Source: Eubacteriales bacterium
GTDB lineage: Bacteria > Bacillota > Clostridia > Oscillospirales > CAG-272
Direction: 5' to 3'
Assembly: GCA_045602185.1 (NCBI GenBank)
Contig: JAZSBB010000061.1
Location: 1-43,670 of the forward strand
DNA length: 43,670 nucleotides
Position numbers and translations under genes: made by a program. Below the pieces are notes generated by a model. The model was not told the origin of the DNA. It saw only the letters and a program-made list of their open reading frames with translations, and did not search any database. This document shows, in pieces, positions 1 to 8,746 of this stretch. Each line of letters opens with the position of its first letter. The stretch's first letter is position 1.

Positions 1-20
1 ACCGGCTGAGCTACAGGGGC
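1..20 (-). tRNA. tRNA, 5' portion only (gene runs off the left edge); isotype undeterminable
   Basis: Reverse complement of 1-20 is GCCCCTGTAGCTCAGCCGGT, i.e. a 7-nt acceptor arm followed by a TAGCTCAG..GG D-arm signature. A consensus promoter lies just upstream on the same strand. The anticodon is outside the window. Confidence 0.6.
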
Positions 21-40
21 GTATCAATTCGTGCTTAAAT

Positions 41-69
41 ATAATATCATAACTTGCTCCTTTTGTCAA
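41..69 (-). promoter_or_regulatory. sigma-A-type promoter for the partial tRNA
   Basis: On the minus strand, TTGACA (64-69) and TATTAT (41-46) are separated by a 17-nt spacer. The -10 box lies about 20 nt upstream of the tRNA 5' end. Confidence 0.55.
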
Positions 70-259
70 TACTTTTCAGAAAAATTATTATAAAATTGCT
101 TCCTTAAATAAAAAAATCAATGATTTTACTCGTCAAAAAGATAATTGCTTCGCTTCATTTATTCCTTTGTCGTTTTTAGAAACATCTGTCCGTTTTATAG
201 TACACCAAGCTCGATATAATTAAATCAGAAAACAAACAAAAAACGGAGAGGTATAAATA

Positions 260-466
260 ATGAAAACAAAATATGCGGTAGCTTTAATGTCGGGCAGGGA
301 AGAAAGAATACTGGGTATATTCAATACTAAAGACGAGGCGGATAATTACGGTTATGGGAATATAATTCCTCATAGCGCCGGCTTGCAGTATTGCTTTGCT
401 TCTAAATTTAGTAAAGGCGTGCCGGTAGGGAATAGCATAAAAATATACAGCTATTATAACGTATAA
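260..466 (+). CDS. small hypothetical protein (68 aa)
   Basis: ORF with a GGAGAGG Shine-Dalgarno 8 nt upstream of the ATG. No recognisable motif. A hairpin terminator lies downstream. Confidence 0.45.
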   Translation: MKTKYAVALMSGREERILGIFNTKDEADNYGYGNIIPHSAGLQYCFASKFSKGVPVGNSIKIYSYYNV

Positions 467-539
467 TCAAGTGCTGTTTCTTATAAGCAGAAAGAAATTC
501 GCACAAATTTAAACTAAATAACCGATAAATATGCTAAAA

Positions 540-573
540 AGAGCGAAGATAAAAAGTATCTCCGCTCTTTTCG
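540..573. terminator. bidirectional hairpin terminator between convergent genes
   Basis: AGAGCGAAGAT (540-550) pairs with ATCTCCGCTCT (558-568) with one A-C mismatch. It is flanked by an A-run upstream and TTTCGTT downstream. Confidence 0.5.
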
Positions 574-624
574 TTCGTTACTGCCTAAATGCTACAGTCC
601 TTTGTGGCGTTAGGGTGCATTTTC

Positions 625-1908
625 TTAGTCGGAAGTTACCTTAATCATATTGTAAAGATATTCGGCGGTATCTGCCTTGGTAAGCTTTGCGTTACCGTTG
701 ATTTTATCTCCGTCAAAGGAGAGTATTCCCATAGAGCAAAGGGAGAAAATCTCGTCTCTCGCCCAAACGGGAACGGTTTCAGTGTCGGAAAAGCTCATTT
801 CTTCTGAAGCTTGAGTGAGGTCAACGAGCTTTGAAATTATAAGCCCGGCTTCGTATTTTGTAATAGTTTCATTAGGCTTAAAAAGAAGCTTGCCGTCCTC
901 AAACTTTCCGGATATAATTCCAAGTCTTGCCGCAGATTTTACGTAGGGAAGAAGGGGGACGGGAATTTCGGAATTATCGTCAAAATAGGTTACAGACGAG
1001 CTTGTGTCTGCCTTTATTTTTGCGCATTTCATAGCCATAGTCAAAAATTCTGCTCTGCTAATAGATTCGTCAGGCATAAAATAAGAGCCCTCGCCGATTA
1101 TTTTTCCGTCCATTATTCCCATAGCGGTAAGAGCAACGGCGGCGTTGTATTGCGGGTGGTTTTTCATATCAAGATATACGACCTCGCTCATTCGTTCGCC
1201 AACCTCAATTTTGACCTTGCAGAGCGTTGAATAATTTCCCCATTCATCTCTTGCAACGTATGAAAAAACGTCAGTTCCTGTGTATTCGGCGGGAGGCGTG
1301 TAAAGATATTCGCCTGTGTGCGAGTCAATAAGCTTTAGCGAACCGGCTTTCGGATATCCAACTACAAGATATTCAATCTCGTCCCCCTCTTTGTCGCTTG
1401 CGCTCATCTTTCCGTATATTGAAATATCTCTCTGTGTGTCTAAGCTAACCTCTTTTGATTCATCTATTTTTGGGGCATAGTTCACCTTGTCCGTGTACTT
1501 TATAACGAATTCAACCTCTGCGCCCTCTGCAAAGTCTTCGGTTGTAAACTTAAATTTACATTCCGAAAGCTCTTTACTTGCCGGAATAAACACAAGTGCA
1601 CCTAAATTTTTTCGCTTGATAATCGTGCCGGCCTTTACTCTTCTGCCCGCAAGGAGTAGCGTTCCCTCTGTGGAAAGGGGGATATCGGTAATTTCGATTT
1701 TCTCAAAATCCGTTATAGCAAGTCCCTGCTTGAAATCAAGGTCTGAAAAAATTATTTTCTGTCCGTAAATACCTGTCTTTATAATTTTAGCTTCTGAGGC
1801 AACAACGGCGACTCCGCTGCCAAAGCCTGCGCTCACGGTCACTGCCGTTACTGCGCCGAAAAGAGCTGCGGCAACTAAAAGTGAGGCGATAATTTTTTTC
1901 TTTTTCAT
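625..1908 (-). CDS. secreted cell-surface protein with Ig/cadherin-like domain and three C-terminal SLH repeats
   Basis: N-terminal signal peptide MKKKKIIASLLVAAALFGAVTAVTVSA. Ig-like segment GTDVFSYVARDEWGNYS. Three SLH-like repeats (..AAVALTAMGIMDG..ISRAEFLTMAMK; ..SAARLGIISGK..ITKYEAG; ..WARDEIFSLCSMGIL..LTKADTAEYL). AAGGAAG RBS. Confidence 0.75.
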   Translation of the reverse strand: MKKKKIIASLLVAAALFGAVTAVTVSAGFGSGVAVVASEAKIIKTGIYGQKIIFSDLDFKQGLAITDFEKIEITDIPLSTEGTLLLAGRRVKAGTIIKRKNLGALVFIPASKELSECKFKFTTEDFAEGAEVEFVIKYTDKVNYAPKIDESKEVSLDTQRDISIYGKMSASDKEGDEIEYLVVGYPKAGSLKLIDSHTGEYLYTPPAEYTGTDVFSYVARDEWGNYSTLCKVKIEVGERMSEVVYLDMKNHPQYNAAVALTAMGIMDGKIIGEGSYFMPDESISRAEFLTMAMKCAKIKADTSSSVTYFDDNSEIPVPLLPYVKSAARLGIISGKFEDGKLLFKPNETITKYEAGLIISKLVDLTQASEEMSFSDTETVPVWARDEIFSLCSMGILSFDGDKINGNAKLTKADTAEYLYNMIKVTSD

Positions 1909-2071
1909 CTCATCTTCCTTTCAAAATAATGCGTTATTTCTATTTTTTCTATATATGGAAATTTTATTCACCAAAGTTAAGATTGCAAAAAATATATGAT
2001 AGCGAGAATTTTAGAAAAAAGCTCAAAAAGTGTAGCCGCACATCGTATTTCGTTGACTCTTACCGCCGGCA

Positions 2072-2100
2072 TTGACAAACAGCAGACTTTGATGTATAAT
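2072..2100 (+). promoter_or_regulatory. sigma-A-type promoter of the LRR-protein operon
   Basis: TTGACA (2072-2077), 17-nt spacer, TATAAT (2095-2100). It lies about 30 nt upstream of the ATG at 2132. Confidence 0.6.
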
Positions 2101-2131
2101 TTTACTTGTAAATATTTTAAAAGGTTGAATT

Positions 2132-5044
2132 ATGAAAAAAAGCTTTCTAAATAAGAAAAACATTATAATATCGGCGTCAGCTTTGGCGCTTTTGATTTTG
2201 GTGCTTTCCTTGATTTTCGTTTTTTTAGGAAATGATAAACCCGAGGAGCGCAAAATCTTTATATGGGGCGATTTTGAGTATCGTTTCGTTGACGATAGCG
2301 CTATTGAGATAACCTCTTATCTTGGAGAAGGCGGAGAAATATCGATACCCTCGATTATAGATTCCGTGACCGTTGTATCCGTTGCGGATTCTGCCTTTAT
2401 GAATACGGAGATTACGTCAGTAAGACTCGGCTTATTCATACAAAAAATAGGCGATTACGCCTTTGCCGGCTGCTCTAAGCTCAAAACCTTCAAATCCGAT
2501 GCTGACCTTTTGGAAATAGGCGAGGGCGCCTTTGCGTCTTGCGTATCCCTAACCGAATTTTCTATGCCTGAGAGCATAACTGTGATGGGAAAAAAAGCCT
2601 TTTACGGCTGCTCCTCACTTGAAAGTCTTACACTTGCAGGTGTTAAGGAAATTCCCGAGTCTGCATTCTTCGGAGCAAGAAACTTGAAGGCTCTCGTGAT
2701 TCCTGAGGGCTGTGAGCGCATTCTTGACTCTGCTTTTTCGGGCTGCTCGTCTATCAATTCGGTTGCTTTTCCTTCCACGCTTACCGAAATAGGCGAAAAC
2801 GCCTTTTCCGACTGTAAAAAGCTTACCGAGCTTTCTTTACCGAAAAATCTCAAAATTGTAGGAAGCCTTGCCTTTAACGGTCTTGACGAGCTTAAAACCG
2901 TGACGGTTTCAAGCGAAAACCCCTACCTTACGGCAGAGGGCGGAGCGCTCGTATCAAAAGCGGAAAGGAGCATAATTCTTTTTCCTAAAAAATCCGAAAT
3001 ATCCGAGTATAAGGCGCCCGAATACGTCACTAAAATTTCAGAAAGAGCGTTTCATAACTGTAAGTCGCTTACCTCGGTTTCGCTTCCGAGCGGGCTTCTT
3101 TATATAGGTGAATACGCATTCTATTTTTCAGAAAATCTAAAAGCTCTCAATATACCGTCAAGCGTAACCGAGATAGGCGGCTTTGCCTTCTCTGAAACCG
3201 CTTTTTTCGCCTCTCTTACAGATGAATTTACAATAGTAGGCGATGGAATTTTAATTAAATACCTCCCTAAAAGAGATAATAGCGTCAAAACGAGGCCCGT
3301 AATCGATACGGAATACGCAAAGGTCAAGTACGCCGCTGACAATAAGGCGCTTGGAGTTTCCTTAACTCTCCCAGAAGATGTGAAGGTGATTAGCGGAGCG
3401 TTTATGAGGGTTAACGACCTTTACGAAATAACCCTAAATTCTTCCGTTTCCGTGATAGAGGACTATTCGTTCTATAGAGCAACGGGACTTACGAATATCA
3501 GTTTTTCTTCGGGTTCATTAAAGCGGATAGGGGATAACGCCTTTGAAAAATGCGTTTCTCTTAAATCCGTAGCCTTGCCCGAGGGGCTCGTGTCGGTCGG
3601 CTCTCACCTTTTCCTTGGCTGTGACGCATTGAGTGCCGCAACCCTTCCGTCAACCTTAAAAACCGTTGGGCCGTATATGTTTTCAGAGTGTAAAAGGCTC
3701 TGCTCCGTAACTCTTTCCGAGGGAATAGAAGCGATGGGCGAGGGTGCGTTTTCCTTCTGCTATAAGCTTGAGAATTTTTCCTTCCCCCAAAGCCTTGAGA
3801 AAGTAGGCGACTACGCCTTTTCCGCCTCAGGACTAACTAACGTAACGCTTCCCGAAAGCGTAACGGAAATGGGCGCAGGCGTATTTATGGAATGTCTTTC
3901 TCTCACCTCTGCCGTCTTGAATATGAAAACGGAGAGCATACCGGAAGGTATATTTATAGGCTGCCTTGCGCTTACCGAGGTAGAATTCGGCAGCGATTTC
4001 CAAAGGGTAGACCTCGATGCGTTTTACGAATGCGCCGCCCTCGAAGAAATAGCGCTCCCGAAAAGCGTAACGAAAATAGGCTCCTCTGCATTCTACGGTT
4101 GCGTAAAGCTCTCGGAAATTTCAGGACTTTCAAATCTTACCGAAATAGAGAGTATGGCTTTTTATAATAACAAAGCTCTTTCTTTTGTAAATCTTCCAAA
4201 ATCGGTTGAGAAGATAGGAGAAAAAGCCTTTATGGGTTGTTCCTCTCTTGAAGAAATAGACCTAAAGCACGTAAAATATATTGAAAAATATGCGTTTGTC
4301 GACTGTACGCTATTGACAAAAGCGGACCTATCCTCGCTTCTGGTGCGTCTTGCCGAGGGAGCATTTTCAAACTGTGATTCGTTAAAATCGGTTGAACTGC
4401 CTTCCTCCGTATATAGCATAGGAAGGTCGGCATTCCTTAATTGCGTCTCGCTTACAAAAATAAATATTCCGAGCGATTGCGAGGTCGTATTCGGCTCGGC
4501 ATTCGCCGGTTGCACAGCACTTACCGATGTACGCTTTGACGGCGCCCCCGAAAGAATAGAGGATAAGGCGTTCTATTACTGCGGTGCCCTTAGTGAAATA
4601 AATATTCCCGAAGGCGTCTTGTCCTTGGGAGCTAGCGTTTTCTCAGATTGCGCTTCTCTCGTTTCCGTGACCTTGCCCACTACGCTAAAGGAGCTTGGCA
4701 AATCCGCATTTTCTGCCGATGCAAAGCTTTTGACGGTTAATATAGCGGGCGGTATTACAGAAATCCCCGATTACACCTTCGAGGGCTGCGCCTCTCTCAT
4801 AACGGTAAGCATTCCGGAAGGAGTCAAGAGTATAGGCGAGGGAGCCTTCTCTGGCTGCTACGCTTTAAAGTCGGTATCTCTGCCAGAAACGCTCTTGGTT
4901 ATAGGTGTGTCGGCGTTTTCGGATAGCGTTGCGCTCTCTGAGGTGTCCTATCCCGGAGGTACGGCAAGGTTTTACGGTATATATATAAACAGAGGTAATC
5001 TTCCGCTCATCAACGCCTACGAAAACGGCAAAGGAGAAAACTGA
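2132..5044 (+). CDS. BspA-type leucine-rich-repeat surface protein (970 aa), N-terminally membrane anchored
   Basis: N-terminal hydrophobic anchor IIISASALALLILVLSLIFVFL. It is followed by more than 30 tandem ~23-aa units of the form AFxxCxxLxxVxLPxxLxxIGxxAF. Confidence 0.85.
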   Translation: MKKSFLNKKNIIISASALALLILVLSLIFVFLGNDKPEERKIFIWGDFEYRFVDDSAIEITSYLGEGGEISIPSIIDSVTVVSVADSAFMNTEITSVRLGLFIQKIGDYAFAGCSKLKTFKSDADLLEIGEGAFASCVSLTEFSMPESITVMGKKAFYGCSSLESLTLAGVKEIPESAFFGARNLKALVIPEGCERILDSAFSGCSSINSVAFPSTLTEIGENAFSDCKKLTELSLPKNLKIVGSLAFNGLDELKTVTVSSENPYLTAEGGALVSKAERSIILFPKKSEISEYKAPEYVTKISERAFHNCKSLTSVSLPSGLLYIGEYAFYFSENLKALNIPSSVTEIGGFAFSETAFFASLTDEFTIVGDGILIKYLPKRDNSVKTRPVIDTEYAKVKYAADNKALGVSLTLPEDVKVISGAFMRVNDLYEITLNSSVSVIEDYSFYRATGLTNISFSSGSLKRIGDNAFEKCVSLKSVALPEGLVSVGSHLFLGCDALSAATLPSTLKTVGPYMFSECKRLCSVTLSEGIEAMGEGAFSFCYKLENFSFPQSLEKVGDYAFSASGLTNVTLPESVTEMGAGVFMECLSLTSAVLNMKTESIPEGIFIGCLALTEVEFGSDFQRVDLDAFYECAALEEIALPKSVTKIGSSAFYGCVKLSEISGLSNLTEIESMAFYNNKALSFVNLPKSVEKIGEKAFMGCSSLEEIDLKHVKYIEKYAFVDCTLLTKADLSSLLVRLAEGAFSNCDSLKSVELPSSVYSIGRSAFLNCVSLTKINIPSDCEVVFGSAFAGCTALTDVRFDGAPERIEDKAFYYCGALSEINIPEGVLSLGASVFSDCASLVSVTLPTTLKELGKSAFSADAKLLTVNIAGGITEIPDYTFEGCASLITVSIPEGVKSIGEGAFSGCYALKSVSLPETLLVIGVSAFSDSVALSEVSYPGGTARFYGIYINRGNLPLINAYENGKGEN

Positions 5045-5751
5045 TGGTCACTATAAGAATAGCCGAGCTTAATATAGGTATAAGGTATAAGTATCAATTT
5101 ACCTACGACTACGTAAAGGAATATATAACCGAGCAGTCTCCCGATTTCATAGTTGAAGCCACCGAAAAGGATTTAGAAAACGAGCTTTCATTAGCGGAGG
5201 ATTACCTACCGAACGAATATCTTGAATATGCGGCAATATACCGTAAAATTGCAGATAAAATTACCGAATACGAAGGTGCAGTATTTCACGGTGCAGTTCT
5301 TGAGGTTGACGGAAAGGCGTATCTTATAACAGCGAGAAGCGGAGTGGGAAAAACCACGCATCTGCATCTATGGCAAAAGCGATATGGGGATAAGGTCGAT
5401 ATCGTGAACGGCGATAAGCCTGTTTTGCGAGTGATAAACGGAAAAATTTACGCCTGCGGAACTCCCTGGAGAGGGAAAGAAGGATACGGAAAAATGGTAA
5501 ACCGCTGTCTTTTCGGCATAGCCTTTCTTGAACGGGCAGAAAAAAATTCCTACTCAGCGCTTTCTCCAAGCGAGGCTGCAGTGCGTTTTATGGGGCAGAT
5601 ATATATGAACAGAAACGATTCTGCGGTAATTTTGCGAACACTGAGGCTTTCCGATAAGATACTCTCGTCCGTATCGCTTTTTGAGTTCAAATGCAATATG
5701 GATATTTCCGCCGCCGAAATGGCTTACGGAGCGTTTATAGGTAATAATTGA
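5044..5751 (+). CDS. HPr-kinase C-terminal-like P-loop protein (HprK-related kinase family, function unknown)
   Basis: FHGAVLEVDGKAYLITARSGVGKTTHLHLW matches the HprK-type pattern H-G-x-x-(hydrophobic)..G..L(I)..G.SG.GK(S/T). Its ATG overlaps the LRR gene's TGA (ATGA-type coupling at 5042-5046). Confidence 0.55.
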   Translation: MVTIRIAELNIGIRYKYQFTYDYVKEYITEQSPDFIVEATEKDLENELSLAEDYLPNEYLEYAAIYRKIADKITEYEGAVFHGAVLEVDGKAYLITARSGVGKTTHLHLWQKRYGDKVDIVNGDKPVLRVINGKIYACGTPWRGKEGYGKMVNRCLFGIAFLERAEKNSYSALSPSEAAVRFMGQIYMNRNDSAVILRTLRLSDKILSSVSLFEFKCNMDISAAEMAYGAFIGNN

Positions 5752-5765
5752 AAGGAATATTAGAT

Positions 5766-6239
5766 ATGTCAATAGATAAGGCGAGAGCGCATCTCAAAGA
5801 GTACGGTCTCGAAGATAAAATTCGAGAGTTTTCGGTTTCAAGTGCAACCGTTTCACTTGCCGCCGAAGCGCTCGGCACTGAGGAAGCGAGAATTGCGAAA
5901 ACTCTCTCCTTCAGTCTTGACGGAGAGCCAATCCTCGTGGTAGCTGCGGGAGACGCCAAGATAAACAATCAGAAATTCAAGGCAACCTTCGGAAAAAAAG
6001 CAAAAATGCTGTCCTTTTCCGAGGTTGAGGAGCTTATAGGTCACGGAGTTGGAGGCGTTTGCCCGTTTGGAGTAAATCCCGGTGTAAAAACATATCTTGA
6101 CGAGTCGCTTTTGCGCTTTGACGTTGTTTACCCCGCCGCCGGAACGGCAAGCAGCGCAGTAAGGCTTACTATATCCGAGCTTGAGCAGGCGTCTTTATTC
6201 GTTAGCTGGGTGGATGTAACCGCCTTGCCGGAAGAATGA
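5766..6239 (+). CDS. YbaK/EbsC-family aminoacyl-tRNA deacylase domain protein
   Basis: IAKTLSF, VVAAGD and GGVCPFG motifs are typical of YbaK/ProX-type editing domains. The ATG at 5766 has an AAAGGA RBS. The track ORF begins at a TTG at 5748 that has no RBS. Confidence 0.75.
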   Translation: MSIDKARAHLKEYGLEDKIREFSVSSATVSLAAEALGTEEARIAKTLSFSLDGEPILVVAAGDAKINNQKFKATFGKKAKMLSFSEVEELIGHGVGGVCPFGVNPGVKTYLDESLLRFDVVYPAAGTASSAVRLTISELEQASLFVSWVDVTALPEE

Positions 6240-6979
6240 CCGATTTTTGCGAACGCTTTAAACAAGCGAAAATTTTGGTGCTTTCCGAAAGCGCCGTTAC
6301 CGAAGGTGTCGGCGGCCTTATGGAAAAATCGGTGCATAAAATACTGAAGCTTGCGATAGAGCCGGACGTATCAAAGCACGAGCAAAAATATCTCGGAAGC
6401 GTAGTTGATATAAAAAACGGAGAGGGAATTTTTGAAATTCAAACCAAAAATCACGCCGCTCTTATACCGAAGCTTAGAAAATTTCTCCCCACCTCTCCCG
6501 TCACCGTGGTAATACCCCTGATAAACGAAAAATATATCAGGTATATCGATACCGAAACTGGCGAAATATCAGCTCCCCAAAAAAGTCCCAAGCACGAGGA
6601 CGTCTACACTGCGCTAAACTATATTTTTAAGCTCTCGGATTTCGTTATGAATAAAAATTTCCGTCTAAAGCTGATTTTTATGTCAGCTGACGAATACAGA
6701 CGGCTTGACGGCTGGGATAAGAGCCGAAAAAAAGGAGCAACAAAGCTTGATAAAATTCCAAGAGATGTTATTGAGGTTTTGGATTTATCTTCCCGAGAGG
6801 ATTATATAAAGCATATCCCGGGGGAACTTGGGGAGCGCTTCTTAGCAAAGGAATTTCAAAAAGCAATAAAAAGACCTGCTAAATTCACCTATTTCATTAT
6901 AAGATTTTTATGCAACGTGGGCGTCATATCCGAGATAGGCAAAGAGGGCAGAGCGTTTGTTTACGCATTAAATAAGTAA
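6236..6979 (+). CDS. hypothetical protein with possible PD-(D/E)xK nuclease-like motif
   Basis: VVDIKNGEGIFEIQTK resembles a D..E-x-K nuclease core. Start overlaps the ybaK-like stop (ATGA). There is no other recognisable signature, so the function call is weak. Confidence 0.4.
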   Translation: MTDFCERFKQAKILVLSESAVTEGVGGLMEKSVHKILKLAIEPDVSKHEQKYLGSVVDIKNGEGIFEIQTKNHAALIPKLRKFLPTSPVTVVIPLINEKYIRYIDTETGEISAPQKSPKHEDVYTALNYIFKLSDFVMNKNFRLKLIFMSADEYRRLDGWDKSRKKGATKLDKIPRDVIEVLDLSSREDYIKHIPGELGERFLAKEFQKAIKRPAKFTYFIIRFLCNVGVISEIGKEGRAFVYALNK

Positions 6980-6995
6980 AAACAATAAACCAAAA

Positions 6996-7046
6996 AGGCA
7001 GAGTCACCGTAATAATTAGCGGTGTCCCTGCCTAAGATTTTTTATT
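6996..7046. terminator. bidirectional hairpin terminator
   Basis: AGGCAGAGTCACCG (6996-7009) pairs with CGGTGTCCCTGCCT (7020-7033) with two mismatches. It is followed by a TTTTTT run and preceded by an A-run, between convergent genes. Confidence 0.55.
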
Positions 7047-7053
7047 GCCGTAT

Positions 7054-7944
7054 TTAATTAAAATCCACAGAAATTTCTTCTGCCGCCGTTTTTAAAACGT
7101 CTTCAAATGCCGAGGTGCTTACCGTTATGCGCTCCCTCGTGTATGGGTGCAAAAACGAAAGCTTACAGCATCTGAGAAAATAAGAGCCGTCATTAACCCT
7201 TTTACCGTAAAGAAAATCGTTATATAAAGGAGCGCCGATATGAGCCATATGAACTCTTATCTGATGTGTCCTTCCTGTGATAGGCGTAAGATAACAAATT
7301 GCCCGTCCGTCAGGCAAAATTTCCGAAATCCTATATCTTGTAAAAGACGGCTTTCCGTCCTCTCTCACAGTTCTTTTAATAGAATTAGGAGCCTCTCTTT
7401 CTATCGGAGCATCAACTACACCCTCGCAGGCTTCGGGCGCTCTTGCGAGAATTGCGCAGTATTGCTTTTCAAATTTTGACGCCTTCATATCGGCAGAGAG
7501 TATTGAAGCGGTAAGCTGGTCTTTAGCAATCAGTACTATGCCGGAGGTATCTCTGTCCAGTCGTGTTATCGCCCTGAAAACGAAGGGACGTCCGATATAA
7601 GCTCTGACAGTCTCTGCCAAAGTAACAAGCGAATTATAGCGAGAGGGGTGCGTGGGCATATTTTGAGGCTTGTCCACTGCCAGAATATACTCGTCCTCGT
7701 ATAGAACGGTGATTTTTTGATTAACCGGCGCAACGTGCGGGCTTTCTTCCTCGGCAAAATTCACCGAAACCGTGTCGCCTGTATTGAGAATTTGCCTCAT
7801 ATGCACGTTTTTTTCGTTCACAAAAACACCGCCGAATTTAACTCTTTTTATAAGCGATGAGGAAAAACCAAGCTCCTCTCGCAAAAAATCCTTAATAAGT
7901 CTTCCTTCAAAATGTGAGCAGACCGTAGCGGTTATCTTTCGCAT
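7054..7944 (-). CDS. RluA-family 23S rRNA/tRNA pseudouridine synthase with N-terminal S4 domain
   Basis: RLDRDTSGIVLIAK catalytic-Asp motif and HQIRVH motif. S4-like N-terminus (LIKDFLREELGFSSSLIKR). Confidence 0.85.
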   Translation of the reverse strand: MRKITATVCSHFEGRLIKDFLREELGFSSSLIKRVKFGGVFVNEKNVHMRQILNTGDTVSVNFAEEESPHVAPVNQKITVLYEDEYILAVDKPQNMPTHPSRYNSLVTLAETVRAYIGRPFVFRAITRLDRDTSGIVLIAKDQLTASILSADMKASKFEKQYCAILARAPEACEGVVDAPIEREAPNSIKRTVREDGKPSFTRYRISEILPDGRAICYLTPITGRTHQIRVHMAHIGAPLYNDFLYGKRVNDGSYFLRCCKLSFLHPYTRERITVSTSAFEDVLKTAAEEISVDFN

Positions 7945-7945
7945 A

Positions 7946-8554
7946 TCAATAGCCGAGCTTTTCGTTTATAAGAATTATTTCATATTCCTGGCCACGAGGC
8001 TTTTTCCAGAAAACCGTCAGCGCAGCGCATATTCTTTCGGGGGAAGAGCAGTTATAGCATTTGTTTTCTTTTGTATTTTTTGCGCAAGGCGTATTCTTTT
8101 TAAGTCTTTTTGCATTCAGTGGCGCAGCGGTATTTCTGGCTCTGAAAATTGCCTTGTCGAGAGTATCTTCAATCTTGTTTTCTCCTATAAGGAAATAAAC
8201 CTTCTTGTGACCGTAAAGAGTAGAAGCTATTCGGTTGCAGGTTCCGTCAATGTTAACAATCTCACCCGCCTCGGAAATTGCGTTGACCGAGGAGAAATAC
8301 ACCTCTGTAAACTGAGCGTCACGCAGCGCTTCTTCTGCGGAGCGCTCTCCCGATTCCCAGTGCCATATAATTTCGTTATTTTCTCTGAGAGCCTCCGAGA
8401 GCTTCATTTCCTTAGCGGTGATAGAACCGCCTATTCCTATGGTTTTATTCTTAACCGTATTCTTTAGGTATTCGGTAGCGTCCTCCTTGGTTTCAAAAAC
8501 GGAAACCGTATATCCCATTTTAATAAGATTTTCTTTAAGGCTCGTCAATTTCAT
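7946..8554 (-). CDS. LUD-domain (lactate-utilisation LutB/C-like, YkgG family) protein
   Basis: IGIGGSIT and VNAISEAGEIVNIDGTCNR are typical of the LUD/DUF162 fold. C-terminal Cys cluster CAKNTKENKCYNCSSPERIC. Abuts the rluA-like gene with a 1-nt gap. Confidence 0.6.
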   Translation of the reverse strand: MKLTSLKENLIKMGYTVSVFETKEDATEYLKNTVKNKTIGIGGSITAKEMKLSEALRENNEIIWHWESGERSAEEALRDAQFTEVYFSSVNAISEAGEIVNIDGTCNRIASTLYGHKKVYFLIGENKIEDTLDKAIFRARNTAAPLNAKRLKKNTPCAKNTKENKCYNCSSPERICAALTVFWKKPRGQEYEIILINEKLGY

Positions 8555-8703
8555 TTTCTAATCTCACTTTCCATTTTTATAGTTTTTATACATAGAGCGC
8601 CCTCTGAGCAAAATTCTTTAAAATATTATACCATAAAATTTTTGATATGTGAATAAAAAAGATGAAAAAAGGCAAAAATAAAATATTTGGACTTATTATA
8701 AAA

Positions 8704-8741
8704 GAACGCAAATTAAACACTCTTTGGTCCAATTTGCGTTC
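8704..8741 (-). terminator. hairpin downstream of pyruvate kinase
   Basis: GAACGCAAATT (8704-8714) pairs perfectly with AATTTGCGTTC (8731-8741), an 11-bp stem. The T-tract on the minus strand is weak. Confidence 0.45.
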
Positions 8742-8746
8742 GAATT

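Noticed and set aside
2023-2253. 76-aa minus-strand ORF across the LRR gene promoter and start
   Set aside because: It overlaps a consensus promoter and the 5' end of a well-supported CDS. It has no RBS.
7772-8467. 231-aa plus-strand ORF
   Set aside because: It is antisense to the RluA-like and LUD-domain genes. It has a Phe/Ser/Cys-rich nonsense-like composition and no RBS.
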